Source: Bdellovibrionales bacterium (GTDB taxonomy: Bacteria; Bdellovibrionota; Bdellovibrionia; Bdellovibrionales; UBA1609). From it: a stretch of DNA of 10,230 nucleotides. The position numbers and the translations under genes were made by a program. The notes below the pieces were generated by a model that did not search any database, was not told the DNA's origin, and saw only the letters and a program-made list of their open reading frames with translations. Numbering within the stretch: the first letter of the stretch is position 1; every line of letters starts with the position of its first letter. The stretch spans positions 1 through 10,230 of the forward strand of contig CBDHDF010000008.1 of assembly GCA_965261545.1 (NCBI GenBank), written 5' to 3'. Shown one piece after another: positions 1-7,817 of the stretch.

Positions 1-113
1 CCGTAAGCAATCTCTCTTTTTCCTCCATATTCAAGGCGCAACCCTGTAACAAATTCAGAAATCACTCCGAATCTAAAGGTGGCAACCTCCATTTTCTTGT
101 CCTTATCAGCCAT
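1..113 (-). CDS. 5' end of DDE-type (Mu/IS481-like) transposase, runs off left edge, possibly frameshifted
   Basis: ATG at 113 with GAGAGG RBS (124-119). It reads MADKDKKMEVATFRFGVISEFVTGLRLEYG, and the 'EVAxFRFGVI' N-terminus is typical of DDE transposases encoded after DUF6431-like Zn-ribbon genes. Not in the ORF track because it is partial. Confidence 0.75.
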   Translation of the reverse strand, partial: MADKDKKMEVATFRFGVISEFVTGLRLEYGGKREIAY

Positions 114-248
114 TTTGACCTCTCTTTCTTTGATTTAATTTCCGTTATTGGAAATCTTTCTTGAAATAAGAGATACACAACTTCCTGACTCTTTGTTAAT
201 GACAAGAAACGGTAGGTTGAAAATAAATGGGAGCACTGGCAAACTTCG

Positions 249-698
249 TTAACCAAAAATGTCCAGGTTTTTCTCTTGATAAAAGGCCACTGTGCTAAGT
301 GGATCTTTTTCTTTCATCAGATTATAAGCCTTAGCGTGATTAAGAAGTTTTTTCAGCCAGTGCCCCGCTCTTTGCCTCGTTGTCCAAAGGGGCCATGCCT
401 TGGGAATCTTGGGGTTCAGACGATGTCGTAATGCTTCGAAAATACGAGACTTTGTCTCTTGAAAACGACGCCAGAACGACTTGGGTCTTGTCGTTATAAC
501 ACTGTGGCAGTGAGGACACCGCCAGCGCTTGAGGTAGACCGCTTCAGAGCATGCAAAAAAGTATCTCTTCACATAGCCATGGCCCCAGAGCTTCTCACTT
601 TTACAGCCGGGATTTTGGCACTTACATGGCCTCTTCCAATTGTAATTCTTACCTTCTTTTACAAGGTCATCCGTTGATACAAAAGTAGCTAAAATCAT
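249..698 (-). CDS. Transposon accessory Zn-ribbon protein (DUF6431-like), 149 aa
   Basis: AGGAGG RBS at 708-703. Cys motifs RPCKCQNPGC...LWGHG and RWRCPHC, followed by RP..FW.RFQ and RQRAGHWL. It lies directly upstream of the transposase start. Confidence 0.75.
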   Translation of the reverse strand: MILATFVSTDDLVKEGKNYNWKRPCKCQNPGCKSEKLWGHGYVKRYFFACSEAVYLKRWRCPHCHSVITTRPKSFWRRFQETKSRIFEALRHRLNPKIPKAWPLWTTRQRAGHWLKKLLNHAKAYNLMKEKDPLSTVAFYQEKNLDIFG

Positions 699-745
699 AA
701 CACCTCCTGATGCAGAGTATTAAACTCATGGGGAGGTTATGACAA
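695..745 (-). promoter_or_regulatory. RBS/AUG-sequestering hairpin overlapping a putative internal sigma70 promoter
   Basis: On the minus strand TCATAACCTCC (742-732) can pair with GGAGG-tg-TTATGA (707-695). Candidate -35 TTGTCA (745-740), 18-nt spacer, -10 AATACT (721-716). Confidence 0.5.
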
Positions 746-850
746 GACTTAGTCAAGGGAATGTAATAATTCTTTAGGGATGGTCAAAGAAAAATAAAAA
801 ATAAAGGCGAATTCTAGTCAGAATAAAGTATCGTATAACACCATATACTA

Positions 851-867
851 CATGTAAATATTACATG
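851..867. promoter_or_regulatory. Perfect palindrome CATGTAA-ATA-TTACATG, candidate operator
   Basis: 7-bp inverted repeat with a 3-nt spacer in the intergenic region upstream of the 1090 gene. Confidence 0.3.
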
Positions 868-1089
868 CTTTATGGCAAGTGCTTACTGTTGGTTCCTTAC
901 TCGTAGAGGAAACAGCATTGAGAATCACTTTGATTTTTTAGGTGCTTATAGAATCATCCTACTTGGAGATGAGAAAAATTTTCATAGTCTTTATTTAAGT
1001 CTTAATACTTATTGAATCTTTGTTATATTTGATGAAGCTAGTGAAGGTAGGTTAGGAAGAGCAAGTTCAGTTAAGAGAGGGGTATTGAA

Positions 1090-2295
1090 ATGCAGAAAAT
1101 GCAAATGAATCGTCCTATGGCTTCTGTGGCTCTTGTGGCATCTGTGTTTGTGGGAACTTTCATGGGCTTGGGGGCCGTTCTTTTTGAATCTCCTCTGGCA
1201 CTTGCTGATAGTGCTTCTTATCAAACTATCTCCACTGAGGGGACTGGTTCCATGGGTGGTGGAAAAAAGGTCTCAGGTCAATGGAGGTTGCGGATTCAAG
1301 GGAGGCATTTTTCTGAGAAACAAAATAATTTTTCAGGGACAGAGTTTGCTTTTCTTTCCAAACTGGAGTATCTTTTTCACCCCAAAATCCGCTTTAAACT
1401 CAATAGTAAAATAGGTTTTAAAAACGACCATGTTCAATTGGAGTATCGAGACGAGTACTCCAGTGGCCATTTTCAGATTTACGAAGCTGTGGCTGGAGTG
1501 GCCCCTTGGCCCTATCTCTCTTTGGAGGCAGGAGTCATTGGTCAAAATCAGTACAGTTCACCTATTTTTATTAGTGGACGCTCCCTTCCTGGGATTCGTG
1601 AGACTTTCACCTATAAAGTGGGGATTTGGACATTTTTTTTACAAGCCCAACAGGCCCTTGCCACGGCAAAGTCTTTCAGTGCAGATCGATCCGAGTCTGA
1701 AAAAACTCCTTTCTTGAACCGCGAGCTTTTAGGCATGGAAATTGAGGTGGCACCTGGGTGGAGTTTCAAGTCCTATGCCTCCCACTTTAACTTTGATAAC
1801 CTCGCCTCTGTGACGGCGGCAGATGGCTCCAAGCTGGGACATTTCACCTTGGGGTCGGGGGCCGCAGCTAAGTTTAGGTATGGTTTTGCAGGGTGGACGG
1901 CTCAAACTGAGTTGGACTATCAGTCTTCCAGCGGGGCTCAAATACTTCTTGGTGGATTTTGGCTCAAGAACAAAGAGGCTCAGCTTGACGGCCTTGGGCA
2001 AAGCCTTTACTTGCAAAGTAAATTTCCCGTGGGAGTCCGTCATAAGTGGTCTCTCTCCTACACTCATTTTTTTAAAGAAAGAGAGGCTGCTCCAGCTGTC
2101 TTTTCAAGTCTTTCTCTCGGTGGCAACAATCGCATGGGGCAACTTTGGGGCACTCATTGGAGCTTTGAAGATATGGGGTTTAAGTTGGTCGGGCGATTTG
2201 CCCATGTGGATGTCATTAAGAAGAGTGAGGGAGGGAGGCGTGGGAAAGCTCGCTCCTATTACCTTGGTTTGGAGACATTAAATGTTAAATTTTAA
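1090..2295 (+). CDS. Outer-membrane beta-barrel protein, putative porin-like, 401 aa
   Basis: GAGAGGGG RBS before ATG 1090. Hydrophobic signal peptide ending ...PLALA|DS, many alternating amphipathic strands, and a C-terminal Phe (LGLETLNVKF). The segment EREAAPAVFSSLSLGGNNRMG resembles the E.DA...F.....GGTN..G motif of putative porins. Confidence 0.75.
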   Translation: MQKMQMNRPMASVALVASVFVGTFMGLGAVLFESPLALADSASYQTISTEGTGSMGGGKKVSGQWRLRIQGRHFSEKQNNFSGTEFAFLSKLEYLFHPKIRFKLNSKIGFKNDHVQLEYRDEYSSGHFQIYEAVAGVAPWPYLSLEAGVIGQNQYSSPIFISGRSLPGIRETFTYKVGIWTFFLQAQQALATAKSFSADRSESEKTPFLNRELLGMEIEVAPGWSFKSYASHFNFDNLASVTAADGSKLGHFTLGSGAAAKFRYGFAGWTAQTELDYQSSSGAQILLGGFWLKNKEAQLDGLGQSLYLQSKFPVGVRHKWSLSYTHFFKEREAAPAVFSSLSLGGNNRMGQLWGTHWSFEDMGFKLVGRFAHVDVIKKSEGGRRGKARSYYLGLETLNVKF

Positions 2296-2330
2296 AATGT
2301 TGAGTTTTTAAAATATTAAAGATATTCAAT

Positions 2331-5300
2331 GTGTCACTAGTGCCACCGGTATCATCAGCACCATTGGCATCATCGGCCCCATGGGGTGGATTCTTTGGTA
2401 TTTTCCCTATGTGTTTTCTGGGGTTCATGTGTTGGAATATGGCCTGCACTCCTTCCAAAGATATGGGACAAGAAGAAAAACTCATGTTTGATGAAGAGTC
2501 TGCACAATTCATTGTGGTCAGCGAAGGTTATGATGTGGTTCCACAGCCTCTTAAGGCGATCACAGAAGATAAAAGTACAGGTGAGGTCAATGATTACTGG
2601 CGTGTGGAGAGGTTCAGAGACTACACATTTAAAGTTTGTTTAAATGACCGCAATGAATCTCGAAAATTGAGGAACCAAAAGTTTCTTGTCAATAGCTTTC
2701 AGGGAACCAAAGAAAGCATCACAGGGGAAGATGGTTGTTTTCGTTGGACAGAAGCCATTGAATATAATTATTTTGCCGATGCTAAATATATCTTGCTGGA
2801 GAGAAAACTTCAGGGCTTAGGTTCTTATCGAGGGACCTTTAAACTCAAAATAGCAGTCAACCCTTGGTCGGGAAGGGATAAAACCAAAAGCGAAGTTGTT
2901 TTTTTGAAACCCCTCAGAGGTGCTGTTTCAAGGAGTGTATTGATCGAGGGCGATGAGGAAATTTTCAAAGCTCTGTGGGGGGAGGGTCAGAGAAAGATAT
3001 TATCTCTAGATAAGGTGAATATTCAACTCACAGAGAAGGGAACGGCATCAAAATCTATTAATAAATTCTCTTTGTGGCTGAAGCAGGGAACTCTTTATGT
3101 GAATGTTTTCAACATAAAGGGAGAGGAAAAGCTCATTTCTATAAAAAATGGAGGTCACTTTCGGGTTTTTACAAGGATGCTTCAGTACAATAGCATCAAC
3201 GGAAATATTGACTCTTTGGACCATGCCCTCCATAAGCCTGCTCCAAGGGTGGTTCTTAATTCTCAAGATCGAATTCGCCACTCTACAGACCGGCAAACCA
3301 CTGTTGGTTCTGAACTGAGTATGCAAATAGAAAAAGATATGGCTCAAAACTGGGGCAATGAGCAAGGTTGGGTGGCTCTGCGTATCCAGCCATTGGATTT
3401 TCCCTTTGGCCCCTTCTTTAAGACTTTTGAGGCCATTTATGACGTGGGTTTACTAACATCCATTCATGGAGGAAAAAACGCCAAGAGAAAACCTGAAGAA
3501 TCTGAAAAATACTCCAAAGAAATGGCGAATGGACTCAGTGCCTTTGACAATATTTTTCAATCTTACAAGGTTCAAAATAGTCAATTTATTGTCAATAGGC
3601 CCATGAGCACTCAGAACTCACTTCACCCCCAAGGCACTTCTTTTGCAAAGTATGATTTTTCCTATATGCGACCACAGTTTGAAGAGGTGAAGCGAGGAGA
3701 AAGTGCCACTACCCGTGGGATTCGTTTTAGAGTGCAAACTTGCCTAAGGAAAAAAACCAACGGAGTTCGCCCCACCCTTGGTTCTCAATTTCAGCTTACG
3801 ATAAAAGAAAGGCACTCTCAACGTGAAAAAACCTATGATGTGTCTGCTGAGGGTGACAATAGGTGCTTAAACTTTGTTCACGAACTTTGGTTTAAACAAT
3901 TCAAGCCAGAGAGACTGTTCTTTTTTGATTTCGATATCAAGGAAGTTGCATCCAACAAAATTGTGGGTCGAGAAGGTTTTGTGTTAAACCCTTGGGACGC
4001 CACTTGGACATTTGGTCGTGATAAAAGAAATTTATCAAAAAATTATATCGATGAAGTGAATGAAACAGAGAAAATAAGGTCGAGGTTTTTCATACCTGAG
4101 TTTGCCTATCAGACTTTAAGATTCCGTTATTCCATTGATAAATATCTGAGCCTGAGGGTTAAGAAATCCGTATTGCTGTCTTTGTACCCAAGAATGCTAA
4201 GATATAACAGTCGTCGAGAGGGTCGCTTTGGAATTTATAAATTGAGAGATGGAATTTACCTCATGAAGGTGGCTCTTGAGAAGCAATATCTTGACCCAGC
4301 CACCCATGCTCAAGTTGTAAAATCTAAAGAAGAGAACGCTCGTTCTCACGAACTCCTGATGCGAAGTGGGGATATGCGTAAAAAGCATCATATTAGCATT
4401 GTGAAGAGGCTTGTTAGGGTGATTGATGGAAGAATTATTACTCCTGTGGAATTTAATGTGAAAGATCTGAGGATCATGCGTATTCGAGCTCAAATGATGG
4501 TGCAACTTCAGCCTATAGAGGAGTGGCGTCATCACATGGTCAAGCTCTATGACAATTTCTATGAAAGGCAAGTCCAGGATATTCGTAAGAGTAATAAGTA
4601 TTTGAATTGGGAATCCTTTGAGATCCTTCAAAATGAGAAAATTTCTAATATTAGAAAAATTATCTCAGAGATGTCAAAAAATGAGAGGATGGTTCATTGG
4701 TTCATTGAGAATAAGTCCGACCGAGAAAGAGAGTCCAATAAATTATATAAAATTAAAAATAAATCTTATAAAGGTTGCTATGGTATCCCTGAAGTGTCAT
4801 GGAAAGATATGTTTGATTTGTTTAAATTAACTCATCCAAAACTTAAAAGTTATATGGGGGTAGGGTCTCCATTGTCTCAGAGAGATCGAGAGGTCCTAGA
4901 CACATCTAAGGTTCACCAAACGGACACGGGAGACATTTGTTATATTCCCTACAATGTTGTCAAACCTCTTATACTCAATGATTTTGTGAATGTGTCTTTG
5001 TCTCCCATTGTGGGTTTGGATCTAGATGAATTTATCGATTCTCCAGAGTCTTCGGGTCTTGAAAGAGAGACTTTTTTTGGGCCTGTCACCATGCTACTTA
5101 ATGGGAATGGTTCCAACATGAGACCAACAAGAAATATTACAGAGTTTACTTGTGAAACTATTGATTGCGATCAATTGAAAGCCGAGGATGTTTTTGAGGA
5201 AATAAAAAATAAATGGGAATTGACCATAGATGCAAAGCTCTCTCAGCACAAGCTAGATCGAGTTTACGACCACTCCAAATATTTTAATTCTATGAGATAT

Positions 5301-7379
5301 CTTAACGATATTCAAGTGGACGATTTGATTGAAGAGCTTGAAGAAGAAGAACGCGAGCATCGAGTGTTACAAGATGCTTTTTCCCAGATTAACAATTATC
5401 TAGAGTTATATAACTTTTCTTTTCTTTCTCTGGTGGATGAAGATCTTTATAAGGTAAATACATCTCTATGCGAGGGGCGTTTATCTGTTCTCAGTGATAT
5501 TACACCTTGCTTAGAAATAGATAATCAAAGGCGCATTAAATGGGAATATTTCGTTCAAGGAGGTGCTCAAAAAGATACTCAAGGAGATGCTCAAGAAGAT
5601 ACCCAAGTAAATGATAGCGTCGTAAAAAATGATATGAAAAATCTGATTCAATCCCTAAGGATGTCAGAATCTTTGGCAAAAAGAATCTGCAACCATTTTG
5701 CCTCTCGATTTAAAAATAAGAATAAAAGAATAGAAAATATAAGAAAAAATATGAGCATTCCACTCAATCCCATGATGAATCTCATACATATTCATGACCA
5801 AGATATTCATGACCAAAATAATGATGAATTTAATGAAATGGATGATGGTAATGAAATATATAGATCTTCTTCTGTAAAGATATATAAGGAATGCATGGAG
5901 CAGTTTAAATTGAGTAACGATCAGTTCAATCAATGCCGTGTGGTTTATGGTGAATCTCCTGATAGAAAAATTTGTGAAAACCGGGAGAGAAGCAAGAACC
6001 GATCTGGTCTGTTGAATATTGAAAGAAAGTTGAGAGTGAAGAAGACGGGGAGATATTTTTCTAAGGGTGGAAAGTCTCAGAATCTCAATGTAGGAGCATC
6101 TTTTTCTCTTCAGCATAGCGAGAGTTTTTCTGAGTCTCTTTCTGGTGGACTAGGTGCCGGTGGACTCAAAACAATTTTGAAATTTGGAAAATCGGGAAAT
6201 TCGTTTATGAAAGGTGGCGTTGGAAAGTTTCGACTGGGTATGGGGCTTTTTAGAGATGTTCCTTTCGCCGGAGGCCTTATAGATACCTTTGCTTTCGATT
6301 ACAAGTTAAGTGAAAGTGAGTCCAATTCATTTTCTGATGGTACCAGTATTAATGAGAATACTTTTCTTGTGATGCAGGATGCAACGATGGATATTGAATT
6401 ACTGGATTATACAAAATGCATAGCTATATCTTTCAACATGGCACAACTTCAAGAAGATTCCTATCAGTCCGATTTGGAAAAAGAAGTTCAATACAAAATG
6501 GAATTAAGTCATCAAACCTCTCAGTCCAAATCTCGCTCCGAAGCGGAAAAACAAAACCTTAAATTTAAATATTTATTAGAACTCACACGAGGTTTATTTA
6601 TCTGCGATGAACAGGAGTCTAAGAAAAACTCTTCTCAAAGTCCTTCTTCCTTAGCCATTCGAGAGAAATATTATTACTTTACTCAACACTTTACAGAGGG
6701 AGATATGTTAGACCCTGCGGATCTTTACAATCACCCTTGGCTTCTCTTTATTCGTGGAAAGACAGATGTTTGGAGATTTTTAGACCGCATTAAAGCGCAA
6801 GACACCAAGTTGTCAGATAGCTTTCAACCAATGGGTCCCGTGGTGAAGGTTGATGGTTGGCCTATTCAGAAGTTGGTGGCCGCCTACTCGGGGGTTATAC
6901 CAAGCTTTCCTGGTATTTATACCATGCTTCATAATGAAGACGAATACGCCGTTGATTTTCCATGGTCGGACCAGCCTGCAAACTCTTTTACTCAAAGATT
7001 TATGGAATCCTTAAGTGGAGGTTCTTTAGATAAAGACAAGCCCATGCATTTTATGGACAAAAGAGTGGAGGCATTGAAGGACCCTGATTATTATGATAAG
7101 CGTCATGGGTCCACTCCTAGCATATTCGATGTGGTCACGGCTTCTTCTTTTAATTCTAATTCTGAGGAGATGCCTCTTATGGAGTTTGATTCCGATTTTC
7201 AGCAAGCGGCCATGTATCAAGCGGGGGGGCGGCGTGGGGCGGCTTCCTCTGTGGCCCAGTACTTAGCCATTGCAAGTTTTGAAGAAGGTCGTGCTGTGCA
7301 GGATCTTTTTTACAGGGAGCTTCCCACCTGCGAGGGCGAGTACACTGTTCTCGTGGGAGGATCCTGCAACAACCTCTGA
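2331..7379 (+). CDS. Giant exported protein of unknown function, probable lipoprotein, ~1,682 aa; start uncertain
   Basis: Uninterrupted 5-kb ORF starting 35 bp after the barrel gene. A hydrophobic N-terminal stretch ends in a non-canonical lipobox-like NMA|CTP (Cys codon 2445). Many Cys residues. No enzyme motif recognised. Confidence 0.85.
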   Translation: MSLVPPVSSAPLASSAPWGGFFGIFPMCFLGFMCWNMACTPSKDMGQEEKLMFDEESAQFIVVSEGYDVVPQPLKAITEDKSTGEVNDYWRVERFRDYTFKVCLNDRNESRKLRNQKFLVNSFQGTKESITGEDGCFRWTEAIEYNYFADAKYILLERKLQGLGSYRGTFKLKIAVNPWSGRDKTKSEVVFLKPLRGAVSRSVLIEGDEEIFKALWGEGQRKILSLDKVNIQLTEKGTASKSINKFSLWLKQGTLYVNVFNIKGEEKLISIKNGGHFRVFTRMLQYNSINGNIDSLDHALHKPAPRVVLNSQDRIRHSTDRQTTVGSELSMQIEKDMAQNWGNEQGWVALRIQPLDFPFGPFFKTFEAIYDVGLLTSIHGGKNAKRKPEESEKYSKEMANGLSAFDNIFQSYKVQNSQFIVNRPMSTQNSLHPQGTSFAKYDFSYMRPQFEEVKRGESATTRGIRFRVQTCLRKKTNGVRPTLGSQFQLTIKERHSQREKTYDVSAEGDNRCLNFVHELWFKQFKPERLFFFDFDIKEVASNKIVGREGFVLNPWDATWTFGRDKRNLSKNYIDEVNETEKIRSRFFIPEFAYQTLRFRYSIDKYLSLRVKKSVLLSLYPRMLRYNSRREGRFGIYKLRDGIYLMKVALEKQYLDPATHAQVVKSKEENARSHELLMRSGDMRKKHHISIVKRLVRVIDGRIITPVEFNVKDLRIMRIRAQMMVQLQPIEEWRHHMVKLYDNFYERQVQDIRKSNKYLNWESFEILQNEKISNIRKIISEMSKNERMVHWFIENKSDRERESNKLYKIKNKSYKGCYGIPEVSWKDMFDLFKLTHPKLKSYMGVGSPLSQRDREVLDTSKVHQTDTGDICYIPYNVVKPLILNDFVNVSLSPIVGLDLDEFIDSPESSGLERETFFGPVTMLLNGNGSNMRPTRNITEFTCETIDCDQLKAEDVFEEIKNKWELTIDAKLSQHKLDRVYDHSKYFNSMRYLNDIQVDDLIEELEEEEREHRVLQDAFSQINNYLELYNFSFLSLVDEDLYKVNTSLCEGRLSVLSDITPCLEIDNQRRIKWEYFVQGGAQKDTQGDAQEDTQVNDSVVKNDMKNLIQSLRMSESLAKRICNHFASRFKNKNKRIENIRKNMSIPLNPMMNLIHIHDQDIHDQNNDEFNEMDDGNEIYRSSSVKIYKECMEQFKLSNDQFNQCRVVYGESPDRKICENRERSKNRSGLLNIERKLRVKKTGRYFSKGGKSQNLNVGASFSLQHSESFSESLSGGLGAGGLKTILKFGKSGNSFMKGGVGKFRLGMGLFRDVPFAGGLIDTFAFDYKLSESESNSFSDGTSINENTFLVMQDATMDIELLDYTKCIAISFNMAQLQEDSYQSDLEKEVQYKMELSHQTSQSKSRSEAEKQNLKFKYLLELTRGLFICDEQESKKNSSQSPSSLAIREKYYYFTQHFTEGDMLDPADLYNHPWLLFIRGKTDVWRFLDRIKAQDTKLSDSFQPMGPVVKVDGWPIQKLVAAYSGVIPSFPGIYTMLHNEDEYAVDFPWSDQPANSFTQRFMESLSGGSLDKDKPMHFMDKRVEALKDPDYYDKRHGSTPSIFDVVTASSFNSNSEEMPLMEFDSDFQQAAMYQAGGRRGAASSVAQYLAIASFEEGRAVQDLFYRELPTCEGEYTVLVGGSCNNL
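5556..5606 (+). repeat. 24-bp in-frame tandem duplication (QGGAQKDT/QGDAQEDT)
   Basis: CAAGGAGGTGCTCAAAAAGATACT / CAAGGAGATGCTCAAGAAGATACC, 21 of 24 identical. Confidence 0.85.
5788..5817 (+). repeat. 15-bp in-frame tandem duplication (IHDQD/IHDQN)
   Basis: ATATTCATGACCAAG / ATATTCATGACCAAA. Confidence 0.85.
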
Positions 7380-7420
7380 GTTTTCTTGAAGAATCTCTCT
7401 GAGCTTTTTTGTAGAACCTC
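7374..7420 (+). repeat. Degenerate tandem repeat, period 23 bp, across the stop of the giant ORF and the IS3 scar junction
   Basis: CTCTGAGTTTTCTTGAAGAATCTC vs CTCTGAGCTTTTTTGTAGAACCTC, 20 of 24 identical. Confidence 0.6.
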
Positions 7421-7477
7421 CTCAGGCGGACAGTAAAGTTCGCTTAAGAAAGTGTCCACCAAATTTGGGGAACTCCA
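7411..7477 (-). mobile_element. IS3-family terminal inverted repeat (probably IRL) plus leader; no transposase
   Basis: The minus strand reads TGGAGTTCCCCAAATTTGGTGGACAC (TG..CCCC..GGACAC, the IS3-type end), then TTTCTTAAGCG...GAGGAGG-TTCTAC. This is an RBS with no start codon after it. Confidence 0.75.
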
Positions 7478-7817
7478 CTATTCCGTCTTCAGCTCCACCA
7501 TAGATTTTGGTCTGCTTGCCGAGTGGAACTATGATAAGCGGCAAGGCAGAACCACCAACATTTTTAATAATGATATCTTCCTCGCTACACGCTTGGCACT
7601 GAACGATATCCAAAGCACCGAGATCGTTGCAAGCATTCTGGTGGATACAAAATATTATGCGCGTACCATGGCCCTTAAATTGAACCGCCGCCTTTCAGGC
7701 CAATGGTCTCTACGCCTTGAAGGAATTTTTATCTTCGCTATCGACGAAATGGACCTCATCCACTATGAAACCCGAAGCGACAGCTTCATTGAATTAAGCG
7801 CAAGCTACAATTTTTAG
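7478..7817 (+). pseudogene. 3' fragment of an outer-membrane protein gene, 5'-truncated at the IS3 end
   Basis: DFGLLAEWNYD.R...FNND...RLALNDIQSTE...RRL...W.L.LE...SYNF* matches the C-terminus of beta-barrel proteins recalled from MMPL/LolA-like operons. The predicted GTG start (7452) lies inside the IS inverted repeat. Confidence 0.7.

Larger units (their letters stand above)
1..840 (-). mobile_element. Left end of a multi-gene IS/transposon with TGT terminus
   Basis: The minus strand begins TGTTATACGATACTTTATTCTGAC at 840. There are three subterminal GTCA-core motifs (752, 783, 817), then the Zn-ribbon gene and the transposase start. Confidence 0.6.

Noticed and set aside
62..256. 64-aa minus-strand ORF
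   Set aside because: It overlaps the better-supported transposase start at 113 in another frame and has no RBS or recognisable motif.
459..677. 72-aa plus-strand ORF
   Set aside because: Antisense shadow of the Zn-ribbon gene.
873..887. TGGCAAGTGCTTAC as a sigma54 promoter
   Set aside because: No GC at the -12 position with the required spacing.
1009..7220. Short alternative-frame and antisense ORFs inside the two large genes
   Set aside because: They are nested in or overlap long, well-supported CDSs and show no independent motifs.
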